A DNA stretch of 64,000 bases from Lytechinus pictus. Lineage: Eukaryota. Where the stretch lies: positions 34,102,001-34,166,000 of the forward strand of contig NC_087245.1 of assembly GCF_037042905.1 (NCBI RefSeq), in the 5' to 3' direction. Shown one piece after another: positions 1 through 14,045 of the stretch. The position numbers were made by a program, and so were the translations under genes. Position 1 is the first letter of the stretch, and each line of letters begins with the position of its first letter. The notes beneath the pieces are model-generated. The model worked only from the letters and a program-made list of their open reading frames with translations. It was not told the DNA's origin and ran no database searches.

Positions 1-876
1 AGTTTCACTGAGATTGCACAGTGTGCACATCCCATGCTTGAGTGAACCACAAACTTCAAACCTTGTTTTCTCCTTATTTTTGAAGCTCTCGCGGAATATC
101 TTCTGCATTCAACCAAGTGCTTGTGAGGGATATTGTTGAGTTATATATCATTTCAAAGCTTAGGATATGCCTTTTCAAGCTCAATGAAAATTGCAAAATT
201 CATTTTGGGGAACTTATTGTTGGCTTTGGAGGGGCTAGTCACATATGTAACTTTTCAATTCAATGGTAACTACCATGGTATCCTTGATTTGATTGGCTTT
301 TGGGCCCTGGTATTGTATTAGTTGCCAAGGTTACCAATCGTTAATATACAATTTTATTCAGTCGTGTCCTGGACCTTACAGTGAAATGAGAAAGGACATT
401 TATGGTGTTTAAATACATCACAGGACCATTATGGCTCATATTCTCAAGATGTTTCAATTGCACCATGGTACGAAACCATGTATATATATGCAGATGTCAT
501 GTGTTATATTGCACCTCAATAGGCGCCCTTTGCTGAGAGCATGCATTTAGAAATAGTGCATGCATGCGATGAAATAAGCTTAATTATATACACAGACATG
601 CATAGTCTAGAGATTTTTATCATGGTACAAATGAAATTGAGATTTATACGGGCCATTAAGTACACAGACCGTGTAGCAATAGTAATGACTCTTGATCATA
701 CAATCATGAGATAGAGATGGAAAAATTGTGAGAGATTATATTTTTCAGAGCCCTATTCATTTTTGTATCCTCTTTATTTTGTAATTCATTCCAATTCTCA
801 ACTTCAAATGTAACCATTGATTAATGTAGTTATATTTTTCTGCTGGCTTATATTATATCAAAGACAGTGGGCACCA

Positions 877-1092
877 GGGGGGGTGTTTCACAAAGATTTA
901 AGTATGATGTAGAGTCGCACTTAAATGCCGACGCGTACATTATATGCAACATGTAATCTTATTGATCAATACGCAGTAGTGTGCGTCCTCTCGGCATGAC
1001 CTGACCAATACGGTCATGCCTTTTATAACGCACGCAACCAGGCATTTAAGTACGACTTAAGTCATACTTGAATCTTTGTGAAACACCCCCCC
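877..1092. mobile_element. Harbinger/PIF-like MITE
   Basis: Long imperfect TIRs GGGGGGTGTTTCACAAAGATT...AATCTTTGTGAAACACCCCCC; a degenerate relative lies at ~24060-24277. Confidence 0.75.
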
Positions 1093-1187
1093 TAGAAATT
1101 TTGACCGGGGGGGGGGGGGGGTTGAAATAGCCTAAAGGTGGTGAAATTTTTCTCTCAGTTCAATATCAATGGTGGGTTAGAGTTATT

Positions 1188-1460
1188 AATAATAATAATA
1201 ACAGGCATTTGTATAGCGCCATCTATCTAGAAACAACCTATTCCGAGGCGCATTGTTATTTTTATTACCCTGGCTCTAGCTCGAGCTGCCTTTCAGCGCT
1301 CGTGCATGCAAGGAATTAATCCTCCCAGGTACCCATTCACCTCACCTAGGTCCAGTGCAGTACAGTGTGGATAAATTTCTTGCTGAAGGAAAACAGGCCA
1401 TGGCTAGGATTCAAACCTACGACCCTCTGTTTGAAAGGCGAGAGTCAGAACCACTAGACA
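1188..1460 (-). mobile_element. tRNA-derived SINE with (ATT)n tail
   Basis: Minus strand begins TGTCTAGTGGTT (A box)...GGTTTGAATCC (B box), followed by a central body, a GGCGCTATACAAATG LINE-like 3' end and an (ATT)n tail. Confidence 0.8.
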
Positions 1461-2082
1461 GACCCTCTTTTTGGTATTCTTATTTATTTTTATTTCTTTT
1501 CTCTCTTATTTTCACTATTTGAAAAATCATTGGGCTGGGCTCCCCCCCCCCCCCCCGGATCAAAATTCAGGTTGAGTTTCAGCCTTGTGTGTTGTCAAGG
1601 AGAGGTGTAGTAGTGAATAGAGATTGTCCAGGGTTGAAAATTAGAATGTAGCAAAACTTGTATTTTAAAAAAAAATGTATGTATGTTCCATGTACCTGTG
1701 TAAATGAAATAAATGTTTATCTTTGTTTCAAAACAAATGATGCTAGGTGTTGCATTAGTATGTAAAAACATGTAAATATCTTATATTAATTTGTATACAT
1801 AGAAATAGTTTTCTGAGATATAATTTCAATGAAAGAGAAGGATTATTCTTGGCAAAGTATGACTAGATTTATATGCAATAAAAAAAAGGATGGTAGAATA
1901 AAATGATTTTATTTATAAAAAAAAAAGAAATAATTGATTTGTTTTTCCTGTCAGTGTTGTTGTCTATACCGGCATTGATATACATTTACATACCAATCGA
2001 TATCCTATATAGGTTACTTACAAATGAATATTTCTTTTCATAATTCCAAGATAAAATGAACCTAAACTCTTCAATATTTTAA

Positions 2083-2680
2083 AGGGGTACTCCAGGCTGA
2101 AAATACTATGATTCGAACAGATAAAGAAAAATCAAACAAAACACTGAGAATTTCATGAAAAATGGACAAGGAATTACAAAGTTATGGCATTTTAAAGAAT
2201 TCCATTATTTTGGTCAAATTGTTCGATGGATGTATGTCTTCATGAATATTAAATGAGATGATGTCATATCCCCACTTATTCCTTTGTATGTTATAACATG
2301 AAATCATATTTATTCAATATTTTTCCCTCCAAGAACTAAAACATTTGGATTCGCAACTAATTTAATGCATTAGATATTCATTGCTGCAACTTATTTTTTC
2401 ATAAGGGAGACACTTCATTTACACATGTATGAAAAAAATGAATTATGATTTAAAGTAAAAACATAAAAAACAGTTAAGTGGGGATGTGACATCATCAGCA
2501 CACATAATGAATAGGCTATTCATGATCATGACATGCACTTAACAATTTTTTTTTGCAAAATACTGCTGAACTTTGAAATTCCGCTTTGTTATCAGATTTT
2601 AATGAAATTTTCAGCGTTTTGCTCCATGAATATTACTGTATTTATTTAGATATAATTCTTTTTATTCCAGAGGATCCCGT
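2083..2680. mobile_element. Kolobok-like non-autonomous element (degenerate right end)
   Basis: ttaa-AGGGGTACTCCAGGCTGAA left end; interior homologous to the copies at 12835 and 37435. Confidence 0.65.
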
Positions 2681-2979
2681 TAATTCATTTGTAGATGTTG
2701 AAGAGAGCACAGTGCCATTGTATGATGGTGGAAAAAAGGTGATGGAGATCTTCACTTTATCTCTTCTGGCTGTAGTCTACAATCCCAATGAGAAAGCCAC
2801 CTTCACACCAATGCAACAAGGAAGCTACCTGAAGTTGGGGTCTCCATAGATACGATTCCCTTACATATTGCCCTAATTTTCTTTCCCAACCAAGACACCC
2901 CTACCCCCCCTTGCCACAATTAGATCCTTTATGACTCTTGTTCTTCACTCCGTATTGAAAATATGTATGCGAAGTTTAA

Positions 2980-3575
2980 AGGCCAAGTCCACATCAGAAA
3001 AATGTTGATTTAAATCAATAGAGAAAAATCAGACAAGCATAATGCTGAAAATTTCATCAAAATGGCATGTAAAATAAGAAAGTAATGACAATTTGAATTT
3101 TCGCTTATTTTTCACAACATAGTTATATGCACAACTTAGTTACATGCAAATGACAGAATCAATGATGTTCCTCACTCACTATTTCTTTTGTTTTTTATTG
3201 TTTGAATTACACAATATTTCAATTTTTACGGATTTGAAAATAAGGACCAACTTGACTGAACCATGAAATGTTAAACAATGGTAGTTCCACATGTTCAGAG
3301 GGGAATAAAACTTTGCTTCAAAGGACAATGAGGAGAAAATTAGAATATTTCATACAATAAAATACAAAAGAAATAGTGAGTGAGTGATGTCATCAGTTCC
3401 CTCATTTTCATACAGACCGGGGTGTGCATATAACTGTTTTGTAAAATTAGGCGAAACTTAAAAATGTCCTAACTTTCTTATTTTACATCCGATTTTGATG
3501 AACTTTTCAGTGTTGTGTTTGTTGGATTTTTCTCTTTTAATTCAAATCAACATTTTGTTGGGGTGGACTTGTCCT
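2980..3575. mobile_element. Kolobok-like non-autonomous element
   Basis: TTAA TSD on both sides; termini AGGCCAAGTCCAC...GTGGACTTGTCCT; ~100-bp imperfect TIR. Confidence 0.8.
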
Positions 3576-4559
3576 TTAAAGTGTGTTGAATATATGCTCT
3601 CTCTGATTTTAGTTTTACCTTTGAGGATATCTAGCTCCCTCTCTTGGTAATGTCTTTATTTATTTTTTCTTTCTTAAAAGATCAATTGAACAACTATCTT
3701 ATCAATTTAGTGACGTAATGTCGGGAAACTACAAAGGAAATATTTCTTCAAATTAACCAAGAAGACTTATATGCAGATTACTTTTTTTTATTAGGACCTG
3801 AACAAAAAAAGATCATGTACACTTGTAAAATGCATCCAATTAAACACATGTATTTTATTCAATTCACATTGCAACAGAAATTTTAAAAAAAAGTTTTCTT
3901 ATGGGGAGCGACTTCCTCTCTCCCTCTCATATGAACATATATCTATCAATTAAGTGACTCAATATCAGAAAAGTGAAATATATATATATATATATAATAT
4001 TTCTTTAAATTCCTTTCTTCAAATACATAAAGAACTAATTTGCAAATTACATTTTTATTAGGAACTGACCCCCCCCCCAAAAAAAAAAATATATAATATA
4101 ATAATAAATAATAATAAAACAATAAAAATGTATGCTTGTAAATTGCATCCAATAAAACATATTTTGTATTTCATTCCATTCACATTGTAAGAGTTGGGCT
4201 TGGAAGAAGACTAGATACGTACCTGCCAAGTTTCTATATTAAAGAGGGATATTCCTATTATTGGTAAATGAAAATTGCCATTTAACCCTTTTGTTCATAT
4301 TTCCTGAAGAAAAAAAAATGTAGTATTGAATACAAAAATTAAGAATGTTTTCATCGTTGGATTTTCCTTAATAAGCGGATCAAAGGCGGATGGAGAGAGC
4401 ATTGGTACGTACATGTGTTGAGAGGGGGGGGGGGGTTGATCTTGCTCCGAGAACGGGTGGTTGAGTTTCAGGTGGATGGTTAAGCGGGAAAACAAAGTAG
4501 GCATGATGGGTGGAGCACGGGACTGGGACCAACAGATGATGTACTCAATATGGTAAAGT

Positions 4560-4705
4560 AGAGACAGACAGACGGACGGACGGATGGATGGATGGACAGA
4601 CGGACAGACATACATACATCTTTATAGGTAGTTGTAGTTATCACACAGGGTGGGTGGGTGGGTGGATGGATGGTTGGTTTGATGGTTGGATAGATAGATA
4701 GAGAT
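4560..4705 (+). repeat. Compound tetranucleotide microsatellite (GACA/GACG/GATG/GGGT/GATA)
   Basis: Directly visible. Confidence 0.85.
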
Positions 4706-5283
4706 TCATGATTATTTGATCCCCCCATAAATCTGAAAAATATATTGGACCCCCCCCCCCCCCTGCGTGATGCCTACAACTACAACTAGCTATAAAGATT
4801 TTTAGGTTTTTCGTTTGCGCTGAACTTTGCGATTACGTAATGCGCACTGAGGCGACACAGGATCTAGAGCACAATGGCGGGAAAATCTGAATATCAACAG
4901 ATTGCTTTTTGTTCGACATACATGGAAAGAATGTTCGATGGAAAGGGGTCCTCCCGTTATGTATTCCGTGTGGTCAAGGGTTAGCTGATTGTTAACAAAG
5001 TATCGAATGAAAAGGAAAGAAATTGGTGTTATTGGTGTTGTCAACTCTTCCGTTTTATTTTTATTTACCAAACGTTGACGCTTGTAGCGTACATTTTCAG
5101 CATGCAAGATGCAGCCTCAAGTGGACGATATACAGGTAAGAAAAGTCATTTAAAATGTCTGTTTTTATCACTGATAACTGTATGACAAACACGTACACGT
5201 GTAGATCTAAATCGAATTAAGTCATTGCATGGAGTTACTATCTGAAGTTATATGGGGAAAAAGTGTAGCGGTCGACTGACCTG

Positions 5284-5438
5284 GGGCCCGTTTCGCAAAG
5301 AGCTACAACTTTTGTAACTTTGCCATTATGGCAACTACCATGGTAACCTTGATTTTGATTGGCTGTTGAGCCTTGTTACCATGGTGGTTGCCATAACGGC
5401 AAAGTTGCAGCAGTTGTAACTCTTCATGAAATTGGCCC
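5284..5438. mobile_element. Harbinger-like palindromic MITE
   Basis: GGGCCCGTTTC...GAAATTGGCCC termini with CTG TSD; same family at 20989-21145 and 44787-44933. Confidence 0.8.
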
Positions 5439-5728
5439 CTGAAGCAGGTAACTGGCAAGTGAAATCATTTTGCAGTACATTGTCAGGTGTTATCTCAAAT
5501 AACAAGACATCCGATAGAGATATTTTACCTGCATAGGGGAAATTTAGAATAGAAACTTCAGGGAGTGATTTCTGTCACATTAGTTTGGCGATGACCATTC
5601 ACACGTATTGCAAGGTTAGTATGTAAGTGAAATAGTTTTCTTATTGATCGGTGTTTTTTTAAAAAAATAAAAAATTAAGGAACCTTTTAAAATGCTTCAA
5701 AGTATTACACGTTTGCCGCTGCTGCATA

Positions 5729-5986
5729 CACTGTAAAAAAATCTTGGGTAATTTTTTTACCAGCACGAGGGTAATTATGTGTCCAACCAATTTGGGGCTG
5801 TATTTTAACCAATGCGGGAAGGATATTGTCCAGTAAGGTTGAAAAATAGGCAGCAATTACTTTAGAATGGGCAAAATTTTCATCACATCGGATAAATAAA
5901 AATTCCAAAAGAAATTCCCAATGTTGGTGGGACACATACATGTAATTACCCTCATGGAGCACTTTTACCCAATGTTTTTTAGAGTG
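5729..5986. mobile_element. CACT-terminus (EnSpm/CACTA-like) MITE
   Basis: ta-CACTGTAAAAAA...TTTTTTAGAGTG-ta; ~65-bp imperfect TIR. Confidence 0.7.
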
Positions 5987-8804
5987 TACCACCAAATAAA
6001 GTCAAAGCATAATAGGCCTCTCGGCATTTGCCTAAAGTGAATGTCAGTTTTGATAAGAACTTACGAAAAAAAAACTCGTTAGATTAAAATTGGCCTTTTA
6101 CTGAATAAGGTTGTTGCACAGAGCCGTAGTTAAATGGGGGTGCCGGCGATAGAGACGGAACCAGGGGGCGAAGCAGCCGCCCCCCCCCCCCCCCCCCGCG
6201 GCACAAAAAAAAAAGAAAAAAGGGGAGGAGAGGAGAGAAAAGAGGGAAAGTAAGGAGAAGAATGGGTGTCTTTAGTTTTTCTTGCAGGTCAGTACATCAA
6301 AAATTTCTGCTCGCGTTTCGCCCTTGCATAATCGTTTAATTATTAGGATACACATAAATCGTCTTTCTTTGTATCAACCAGCATACTCGACTGGAATAAA
6401 CTCCCTGTAGCTATAGTTAACTCATTATCTTTGGACTCCTTCAAAAGTAAATTAAATATCAATTAATACCTCGAGCCACTCCACACGTAGCGTGCACTTC
6501 AAGTTAGCGTGATGTGCCAATCCTGGTATTTTGCTGACTGAATGATACAGATACAGAAAAAAATGGCTGAAAAGTTTCGTTTTAGGTCGATCTAAATCTG
6601 AATAAAAAAGTATTCGCTCTTGCAATAGTTTATTGAGATACACATTTTGTTTTATTATCAATTTTGAGATTACCGCTCAAATTCTTCTGGTCGGAATTTT
6701 GAAATTATTCAGCTCATGCTTCCCATTCGCATCAATTGTTTGGCTAATATTACATCCTGTTCATGGTTACAAAAAGTTCCTATAATCTTTAGTTTTTAGG
6801 TTGGAAAGTCAAAAAATTGTTTTAGTCAAAATACCCATCCCGTTTACGGTTACAAAAACAATGCTTTGAGAGCTTCCAGTTTCCAGGTCGGAATATCAAA
6901 ACTTTTCAGGTCGCGCTTCGCGCTCGTATTATTTAAATGTTTTATGAGATGTATACCATGCACTGCAGACAGCTTATGTCAGCATGCAATAATCATTTTA
7001 GTTATATACGCCTTAGAATGAATATTAACTGCTCAGAATGTTCTATTTTCAGGTCGCAATAATGAAATATCAAACTATTGTTTGTTTAAGGCATAAGATC
7101 TAGACACCTTATCTTGTTTGTAAGAATATATAAAAGTCCAACTAATAAAGGCGTAGACTGATTGAGGCATGAGGAGGAGCAATTTTGAGGAGGACGGTGA
7201 AAGAAGTAGAATATAAGAATAGATATCACATCATAAAGAAATTATTTCAGAACGGTATTGTAGAGGTTAAGTAAGTGTTTCAAGTTGGTGCCTACATGTA
7301 TTGGCCTGGGAATTGAATAATGCAAGATAATAAACTCATGAGCGTGAATACGTTATCGATATTATAGTAGACCGGCCAAAAGTAAAAAAGTGCTCTAGAT
7401 AAGGATTCGACGGCAAAATTTGTTAATGCTTGGCATCCCAGCTAAAAGTCTTGCAAAAATACCCAGGAATAGCGTACGGCCGGATGCCAAGCGCAATTTT
7501 GCGTGAAAGTGTCATTTTAGCGTAAAAACTGAAAGAATGTCGAAAATCACGCATTTTGATATTTTGACGGATTATCATCATATTTTTGATTATCTTTCAT
7601 ATGAAATTATTTTTATTCAGAGTTTCAAATTATAAGTCTCATAAATATGCATTTCAAATTTGAATATTACACACACACATATGGCACAGGGAAACATAAA
7701 ACCGCGATTTCCTCAAAATAAAAGTTTGTGAAAACTATCAATAGTTTGAAGTTTTTTTACGCAGCTTAAATTCTTCGATTTAATTGCGTTTATCCATCAA
7801 ATGTATAGTAAATGTCCTAATGTCACAAATATTAAAAGAATTTTCAAGTAAGATGGAAGATATCTCACTTCATGTTATCCGAAAGGAGACAATGTGCATT
7901 TTACCAGGTGCGCATTTTGAAAGAAAAATTGAAAAAACCGTACATTATGTACATAATTACATGTATAAGTACATACTAAAGCGAGTTTTTAATTACATGT
8001 ATAAGTGCACTCTAAAGCGAGTTTTTAATTGGATAGCACAATTTGTCAATTCTTTGCATCCCAGCTAAAAGTCTTGCGGAAATCCTGAGAAATAACGTAC
8101 GGGCGTATACCAAGTGCACTTTTGCGTGAAAGTATCATTTTTTGCGTAAAATTTGAAAGACTGTTGAAAATCATGCATTTTGATATTTTGACGGATTATC
8201 ATCATATTTTTGGTTATCTTTGATATGGAATTATTTTTATTCAGAGTTTTAAATTATAAGTCTAGTAAATATGCATTTCAATTTGGAATATTACACACAC
8301 ATATATGGCAATATGAAATATAAAATCGTGATTTACTAAAAATAATAGTTTGTGAAAACTATCAATAGTATAATGTTTGTGTTCCTCATCTCAATTTCGT
8401 CAATTTTAGCGCTAACCGAATAAATACATAATAATTGTTGTCATGGCACATATAGTGAAAACAAATGTTGTAATAAGATGCAAGATATATCATTTTATGT
8501 TATATATGCGAAAGATAACAATGTACATTTATCGGATGCGCATTTCTGATAAAATACAAACAGCGCACAATATTACATCTATATTGCACATATACTAATA
8601 TCAATCAGTGCGATACTCGTCATGATCTTATATAGGATTATGTTTACTTTTGTAGAGTTCGATCTTCTTGCTATTTCCGCGAATTAATTGGTGCTGAACG
8701 TAAATCTACCTGTGGCGATATTCATAAATAGGTCTGATATTTAATTTGCCGTTACCATGGTAACATTAATTTTGTAGGAATATCTATATCCAAAATCATA
8801 GAAA

Positions 8805-9035
8805 CAGTAGCGTACCTATAGGATTTTCCACAGGGGGGGGGGGGGGCAAAACCGTCGGCCAAAAAATTTGACAAGCAAAAAAAAAAGGTCTTCAAGCTCG
8901 TCAGGGGGGGGGGGGCAAAAAAAGGTCTTCAAGCTCGTCGGGGGGGGGTGGGGCATGGATACGTCTTTTGCATGGGTTGGGACTCGTCAGGGGGGCAGAC
9001 TGCCCCCTCTGCTCCCCCCCGTAGGTACGCTAGTG
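8805..9035. mobile_element. hAT-like MITE
   Basis: Perfect 8-bp TSD CATAGAAA; TIR CAGTAGCGTACCTA / TAGGTACGCTAGTG. Confidence 0.85.
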
Positions 9036-9167
9036 CATAGAAAATATACATGTATGAATAAAACGATCGAATTAGCATGTTTAAACTACTCTGTCAATCT
9101 ACATTTTACTTCAATTATTGGATTATCAAAGTCTAAAGAAATATGGCCGTTACCACGGCAATACCTA

Positions 9168-9480
9168 TTTTTTGTCTCGCCTGCATGCATAGCAGAGCAG
9201 GACTAAAGGAGCCACTTTTCCGGCGGAGGCGACGGTAGTTTTGATATAACAGCGTCATATCAACCTTGAAATTTTAACCAAGGTTACGTTTTCGAAATTT
9301 CTATATAACTTTGAACGTATAGAAAAAAATTAATGACACTTATAACAGTATTCAGGTATTACTGATCGTCTTGCACAAGTTTTAGATCACATGATTAAGG
9401 TCAAAGGTCATTTAGAGTCACTGAACTTTGGCCATATGGGGATATTTGTTCTTAATGTCATCATAACTTTTGAATTCTAA
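9168..9480 (-). mobile_element. Truncated Helentron-associated (DINE-1/HINE-like) element
   Basis: Reverse complement of the 3' end (CCGGAAAAG...GCAGGCGAGACAAAA) and TGACCTTTGACCTT repeats seen at 59.5-62.4 kb. Confidence 0.6.
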
Positions 9481-10331
9481 AATTAGGTAAATGAGCTACG
9501 GACACTGACATAAGCCTTTTGAAAGAAGATGCATAGAAGTGAGGGGGAGGGGAAACTTTCCCCCCCAAAAAATCAAGAAAAGGCATAAAACAACAGAAGC
9601 AAAATAATAGAAAGCTTGTTGGGGAGGGGGTCATTTAGTTATTTATTTATTTAATTATTTATTTATTCTTTTATTTATATATCTATACATATTTATTTAT
9701 TTATTATAACCTCAATTGAATGTAAATATTGTAATTTAAATTTTTTTTTTTAATTAATAAACACAAATTCTTCCCTAAATTAAGGTTTTTGCTTAAAAGA
9801 CTTGGTCAGTCAGCTCACTCACCAGCAGCGTAGCTAGGATTTTGTCAGCAGAGGAGCACGGGGGCGGGGCTTGGTATTTTGCAGGGGGTACCAAAATAGA
9901 TTGATTCATCAAGTATTTATTATTAAGTACATATTAGCTTTATTCTCACAAGCACGATTAAGTATCTGACAAGGCCCATTTGAATAATGCGAGCGCGAAG
10001 CGCAAGCATTTTTATAATATGCAATGAAATTTAGAGCTGAAAGTTAGAAAGTTACACAATTCGTAAGTGTAATCACGAACATTATTGTAATGTTAAAAAT
10101 TTCAGAAATTCTTAATATTCTGACGTGAAAACGGAGCATTTAATACATATCTTAAAAAAATGATAGATAGGCTATTGATGCGAGTCCGAAACGCAATCTG
10201 ATTTTTATATTCCAATCCGTAAACTGGACATTTTGATGACGTTTTGAAATAAAGAATGTTATGTATCTGTTTTTAAAAATCCAGCACAAGCCGAGCTGGC
10301 TTTTTTTTATATTAGAAACGAAACATTCTAA

Positions 10332-10550
10332 GGCGCGATAGGGGCGATAGCTCAATCGGTAGTGAGGGGGTTTCGGATTCCGGTGGCCTGGGTTCGATTC
10401 CCACTTGGCGCGCTAGTGCCAAGTAAGGCATTTAAATGGTAGTAAGGCATTTTAGTCCTATAGGTCCCTCGGAGAGTACCTTAAGTCATCGGTCATCTGG
10501 TTGCTTGCTTAGAAGCATTCACGCTTTCTTAGCAAATGAGGTAAAACAAA
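10332..10550 (+). mobile_element. tRNA-derived SINE (same family as 50388)
   Basis: TAGCTCAATCGG A box, GGTTCGATTCC B box, non-tRNA body with GGTCCCTCGGAGAG...TTAAG..TCGGTC core. Confidence 0.8.
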
Positions 10551-10992
10551 AATCGTCAAATCATAAACAATGATCAGTATTTAATTATAGCATTTGATGC
10601 GAGCGCGAAGCGTGAACTGAAAATGTCGAATTAAACGAAGGATTTTAAACATGTTTTTAATGTAGAAAAAGATGAATATCTTACTAAACAAAAACGTTAG
10701 CGCAAAAGCGCGAGCTAAAATTGGGAGAGACTAAGAGCTAAAGATCGGACATACAGTATTCACATTTATTTAATAATGGACTGGATGCGACTGGATTCTG
10801 AGAAGTTGACACTTCAAGCAAGGTTTTTTTTAAACAGATAGCAAGTTGTTTATCTCATATATTAATGCCAGCGCGAAGCTCGAGTCGAAAATTTATTCGC
10901 CATCTTTTTGTAATCTCGTGTAGGGTGCCTATCTCACTAAACCACAATAAAATATACACTCGAATCGCGAGCAGAATACTTTGGGTATATTA

Positions 10993-11165
10993 CAGCGGCG
11001 TACCCAGGATTTTCCAAAGGGGGGGGGCAATTTTTTGGAGGATATTTCGTCCGCGAAAAAAAATTACAAGCAATAAAAAAGGTTTTCAACCACAAATAAA
11101 GGATTTTGTACCAATAAAAAAATCGTCAGGGGGGGGGGGCAGTCTGCCCCCCCTTTATGCTAGTG
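10993..11165. mobile_element. hAT-like MITE related to 8805-9035
   Basis: CAGCGGCGTACC...GCTAGTG termini; degenerate 8-bp TSD GTATATTA/GTATCTTG. Confidence 0.6.
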
Positions 11166-12834
11166 GTATCTTGAAAACGGGATACTTTCAGCTCCATGTA
11201 ATCCTTTCGGACACTACACATGACCTTAGGCAGCGGGGGAGGGGGGGGGGGGAGAGGCAGTTGCGGCCAGAAATTTTGTAACTCGTTTTAAGTATGTACT
11301 TATTCATGTAATTATGTTAACAATTTACAGTATCTTCAATTTTACATTCAAAAGCCCCCCCCCCCCCCTTCCCGCTAAATTTTGCATACCCCCTTTCGGA
11401 AAAGGTTTCTTCCATCTTACTTGAAAATTCTTTTAATATTTGTGACATTAGAAACGATCGATATTCAATAGATGAACCAATTTAAATCGAAGAATTTAAG
11501 TTGTAAAAAAACTTAGAACTATTGATAGTGTTCACAAACTTCTATTTTGAGTAAATCACGATTTTTATGTCGTATTGCCATATATGTGTGTGTAATATTC
11601 CAAATTGAAATGTATATTTAGTAGACTTATAATTTGAAACTCTGAATAAAAATAATTTCATATCAAAGATAACCAAAAATATGATGATAATCCGTCAAAA
11701 TATCAAAATGCGTGATTTTCGACAGTCTTTCAGATTTCACGCTAAAAATGATACTTTCACGCAAAAGTGCACTTGGCATCCGCCCGTACGTTATTCCTCA
11801 GTATTTCCGCAAGAATTTGAGCTGGGATGCAAAGAATTGACAAATTGTGCTATTCAATTAAAAACTCGCTTAAGTGTGTACATATACATGTAATTAAAAA
11901 CTCGCTTTAGTATGTACTTATACATGTAATAATGTACATAATGTACGGTTTTTTCAATTTTTCTTTCAAAATGCGCACCTGGTAAAATGCACATTGTCTC
12001 CTTTCGGATAACATAAAATGAGATATATTCCATCTTACTTGAAAATTCTTTTAATATTTGTGGCATTAGGACATTTACTATACATTTGATTGAGAAACGT
12101 ATTTAAATCGAAGAATTTAAGTTGCGTAAAAAACTTTAAACTATTGATAGTTTTCACAAACTTTTATTTTGAGGAAATCGCGGTTTTATGTTTCCCTGTG
12201 CCATATGTGTGTGTGTAATATTCAAATTTGAAATGCATATTTATGAGACTTATAATTTGAAACTCTGAATAAAAATAATTTCATATGAAAGATAATCAAA
12301 AATATGATGATAATCCGTCAAAATATCAAAATGCGTGATTTTCGACATTCTTTCAGATTTTACGCTAAAATGACACGTTCACGCAACATTGCGTTTGGCA
12401 TCCGGCCGTACGCTATTCCTGGGTATTTTTGCAAGACTGTTAGCTGGGATGCCAAACATTAGCAAGCATTAACAAATTTTGCCGTCCAAAGTATAAAAAA
12501 TCGTTTTGGCCGGTCTACTATTATGGATGTATGAAAGTTACATTTTTTTACTTTAATTTATTTTATTATTTTCATAAGCTTATCAATGACATAAAATAGT
12601 ATTGCACACAATGCGATATTGAAAACAAACATCCGGATAAAATCATAATTGATCATATAATCAAAGATACAGGGCCGCAGTATCGGGGGCAGGGAGTTTC
12701 AGCGCCCACCCCCCCCCCCCCCCCCTCCACACACACACTTTTCCAAAAACAAGCGAAATCCTTAAAACCATAATCAAAGGGGGAGACAGCCTCAATATGC
12801 ATAGCTGTACAAAAATCATGTTTTGCATAATTAA

Positions 12835-13406
12835 AGGGGTACTCCGGGCTGAAAATGTGTTTATTAGAGTAAATAGGGTAAAATTCACAAAAGCAAAATG
12901 CTGAAAATTTTGTTAAAATCTGATAACAAATAAGGATTTCAAAGTTTAGCAATATATAACAGTTACTAGTATATGCACATCGTCATGAATATGCATCAGG
13001 TGGGTTGATGATGTCACAACCCCACTTTCCTTTTTTCTTATGTTATTACATGAAATCATAATTGTTTCATTATTTCATGCATGTGTGAAAGATATATCTC
13101 TCGTATAATGAAATACTTTGCAACAATGGATGCACAATTTTTTTTTTGTTCTTGGAGGAAAAAATATAATAAAGCTGATTTCATATTACAAAATACAAAA
13201 GAACAAGTGGAGATATGACATCATCAGTTTGCTCATTGAATATTCATGAAGACATAACTAGAACTGTTTCACCGGAATAATACAAAACTTTAAAATATCA
13301 CAACTTTGTTATTCCTTGTCCGATTTTGATCAAATTTTCAGTGTTTTGTTTGTCTGAGTTTTCTTTATCTGTTCAAATCATATTATTTTCAGCCTGGAGC
13401 ACCCCT
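12835..13406. mobile_element. Kolobok-like non-autonomous element
   Basis: ttaa-AGGGGTACTCCGGGCTGAAAAT...ATTTTCAGCCTGGAGCACCCCT-ttaa. Confidence 0.85.
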
Positions 13407-13934
13407 TTAAATGTATAGCTTTACACTTGGAATATATAGGAATCACAGCTGATGTGAATATGTTAGTATCATATAAATGTTCATATAGTTTATTCTAAAG
13501 GGTATTATGTAATAATATTATGTTATATATCAAACAGGCCTGTATATGTTCGATTGTTCCTTGTCGTGATCCCATTCTCTTAGTGTTGCCGGCCGGTCTT
13601 ACTTGCCATTGTGCACCCATTGCTCATTTGCCAGAACAATTAGGGTGGTGGTGTCAAAAATCTTTGGGATCGAACAATCAGAATTTTGATAAATCACCCC
13701 GCCTAGGCAGCGCCGTGTCCCGTGGGATTGTTAACAGGAATGGCAAATACGATGGCAATGACACTGCATCAACTTTTAACCAATCAGATGAAAGGATAAG
13801 GGAAATATTCTTAAAGTGATTAACAAAAAGAATACTGAATTCATCCTTTAAAAGAAGGAATAGGTCGAGAGTTTTTTTTTATAAGGTTTTTGCTTGCTTA
13901 TATTTTCCCTCTTTCTTGTCTTCTTTTTGTTGTA

Positions 13935-14045
13935 ATTAATTTATTGATTTATATATTTATTTATTGATTGATGTATTTATTGATTGATGTATTTATTTAT
14001 TTAGATATTTATTTATTTATGTATTTAACTATTTATTTATTTATT
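13935..14045 (+). repeat. (ATTT/ATTG)n microsatellite
   Basis: Directly visible. Confidence 0.85.

Larger units (their letters stand above)
7365..12520. mobile_element. 5.2-kb foldback non-autonomous transposon with ~1.1-kb TIRs (Academ-like)
   Basis: Termini TAGTAGACCGGCCAAAA...TTTTGGCCGGTCTACTA flanked by TTA; arms ~7365-8540 and ~11410-12520 are inverted copies. Confidence 0.75.

Noticed and set aside
7784..12066. Paralogous small ORFs (7784-8068 and 11854-12066; likewise 53695-54728, 56870-58174)
   Set aside because: Their similarity simply reflects inverted or tandem repeat arms
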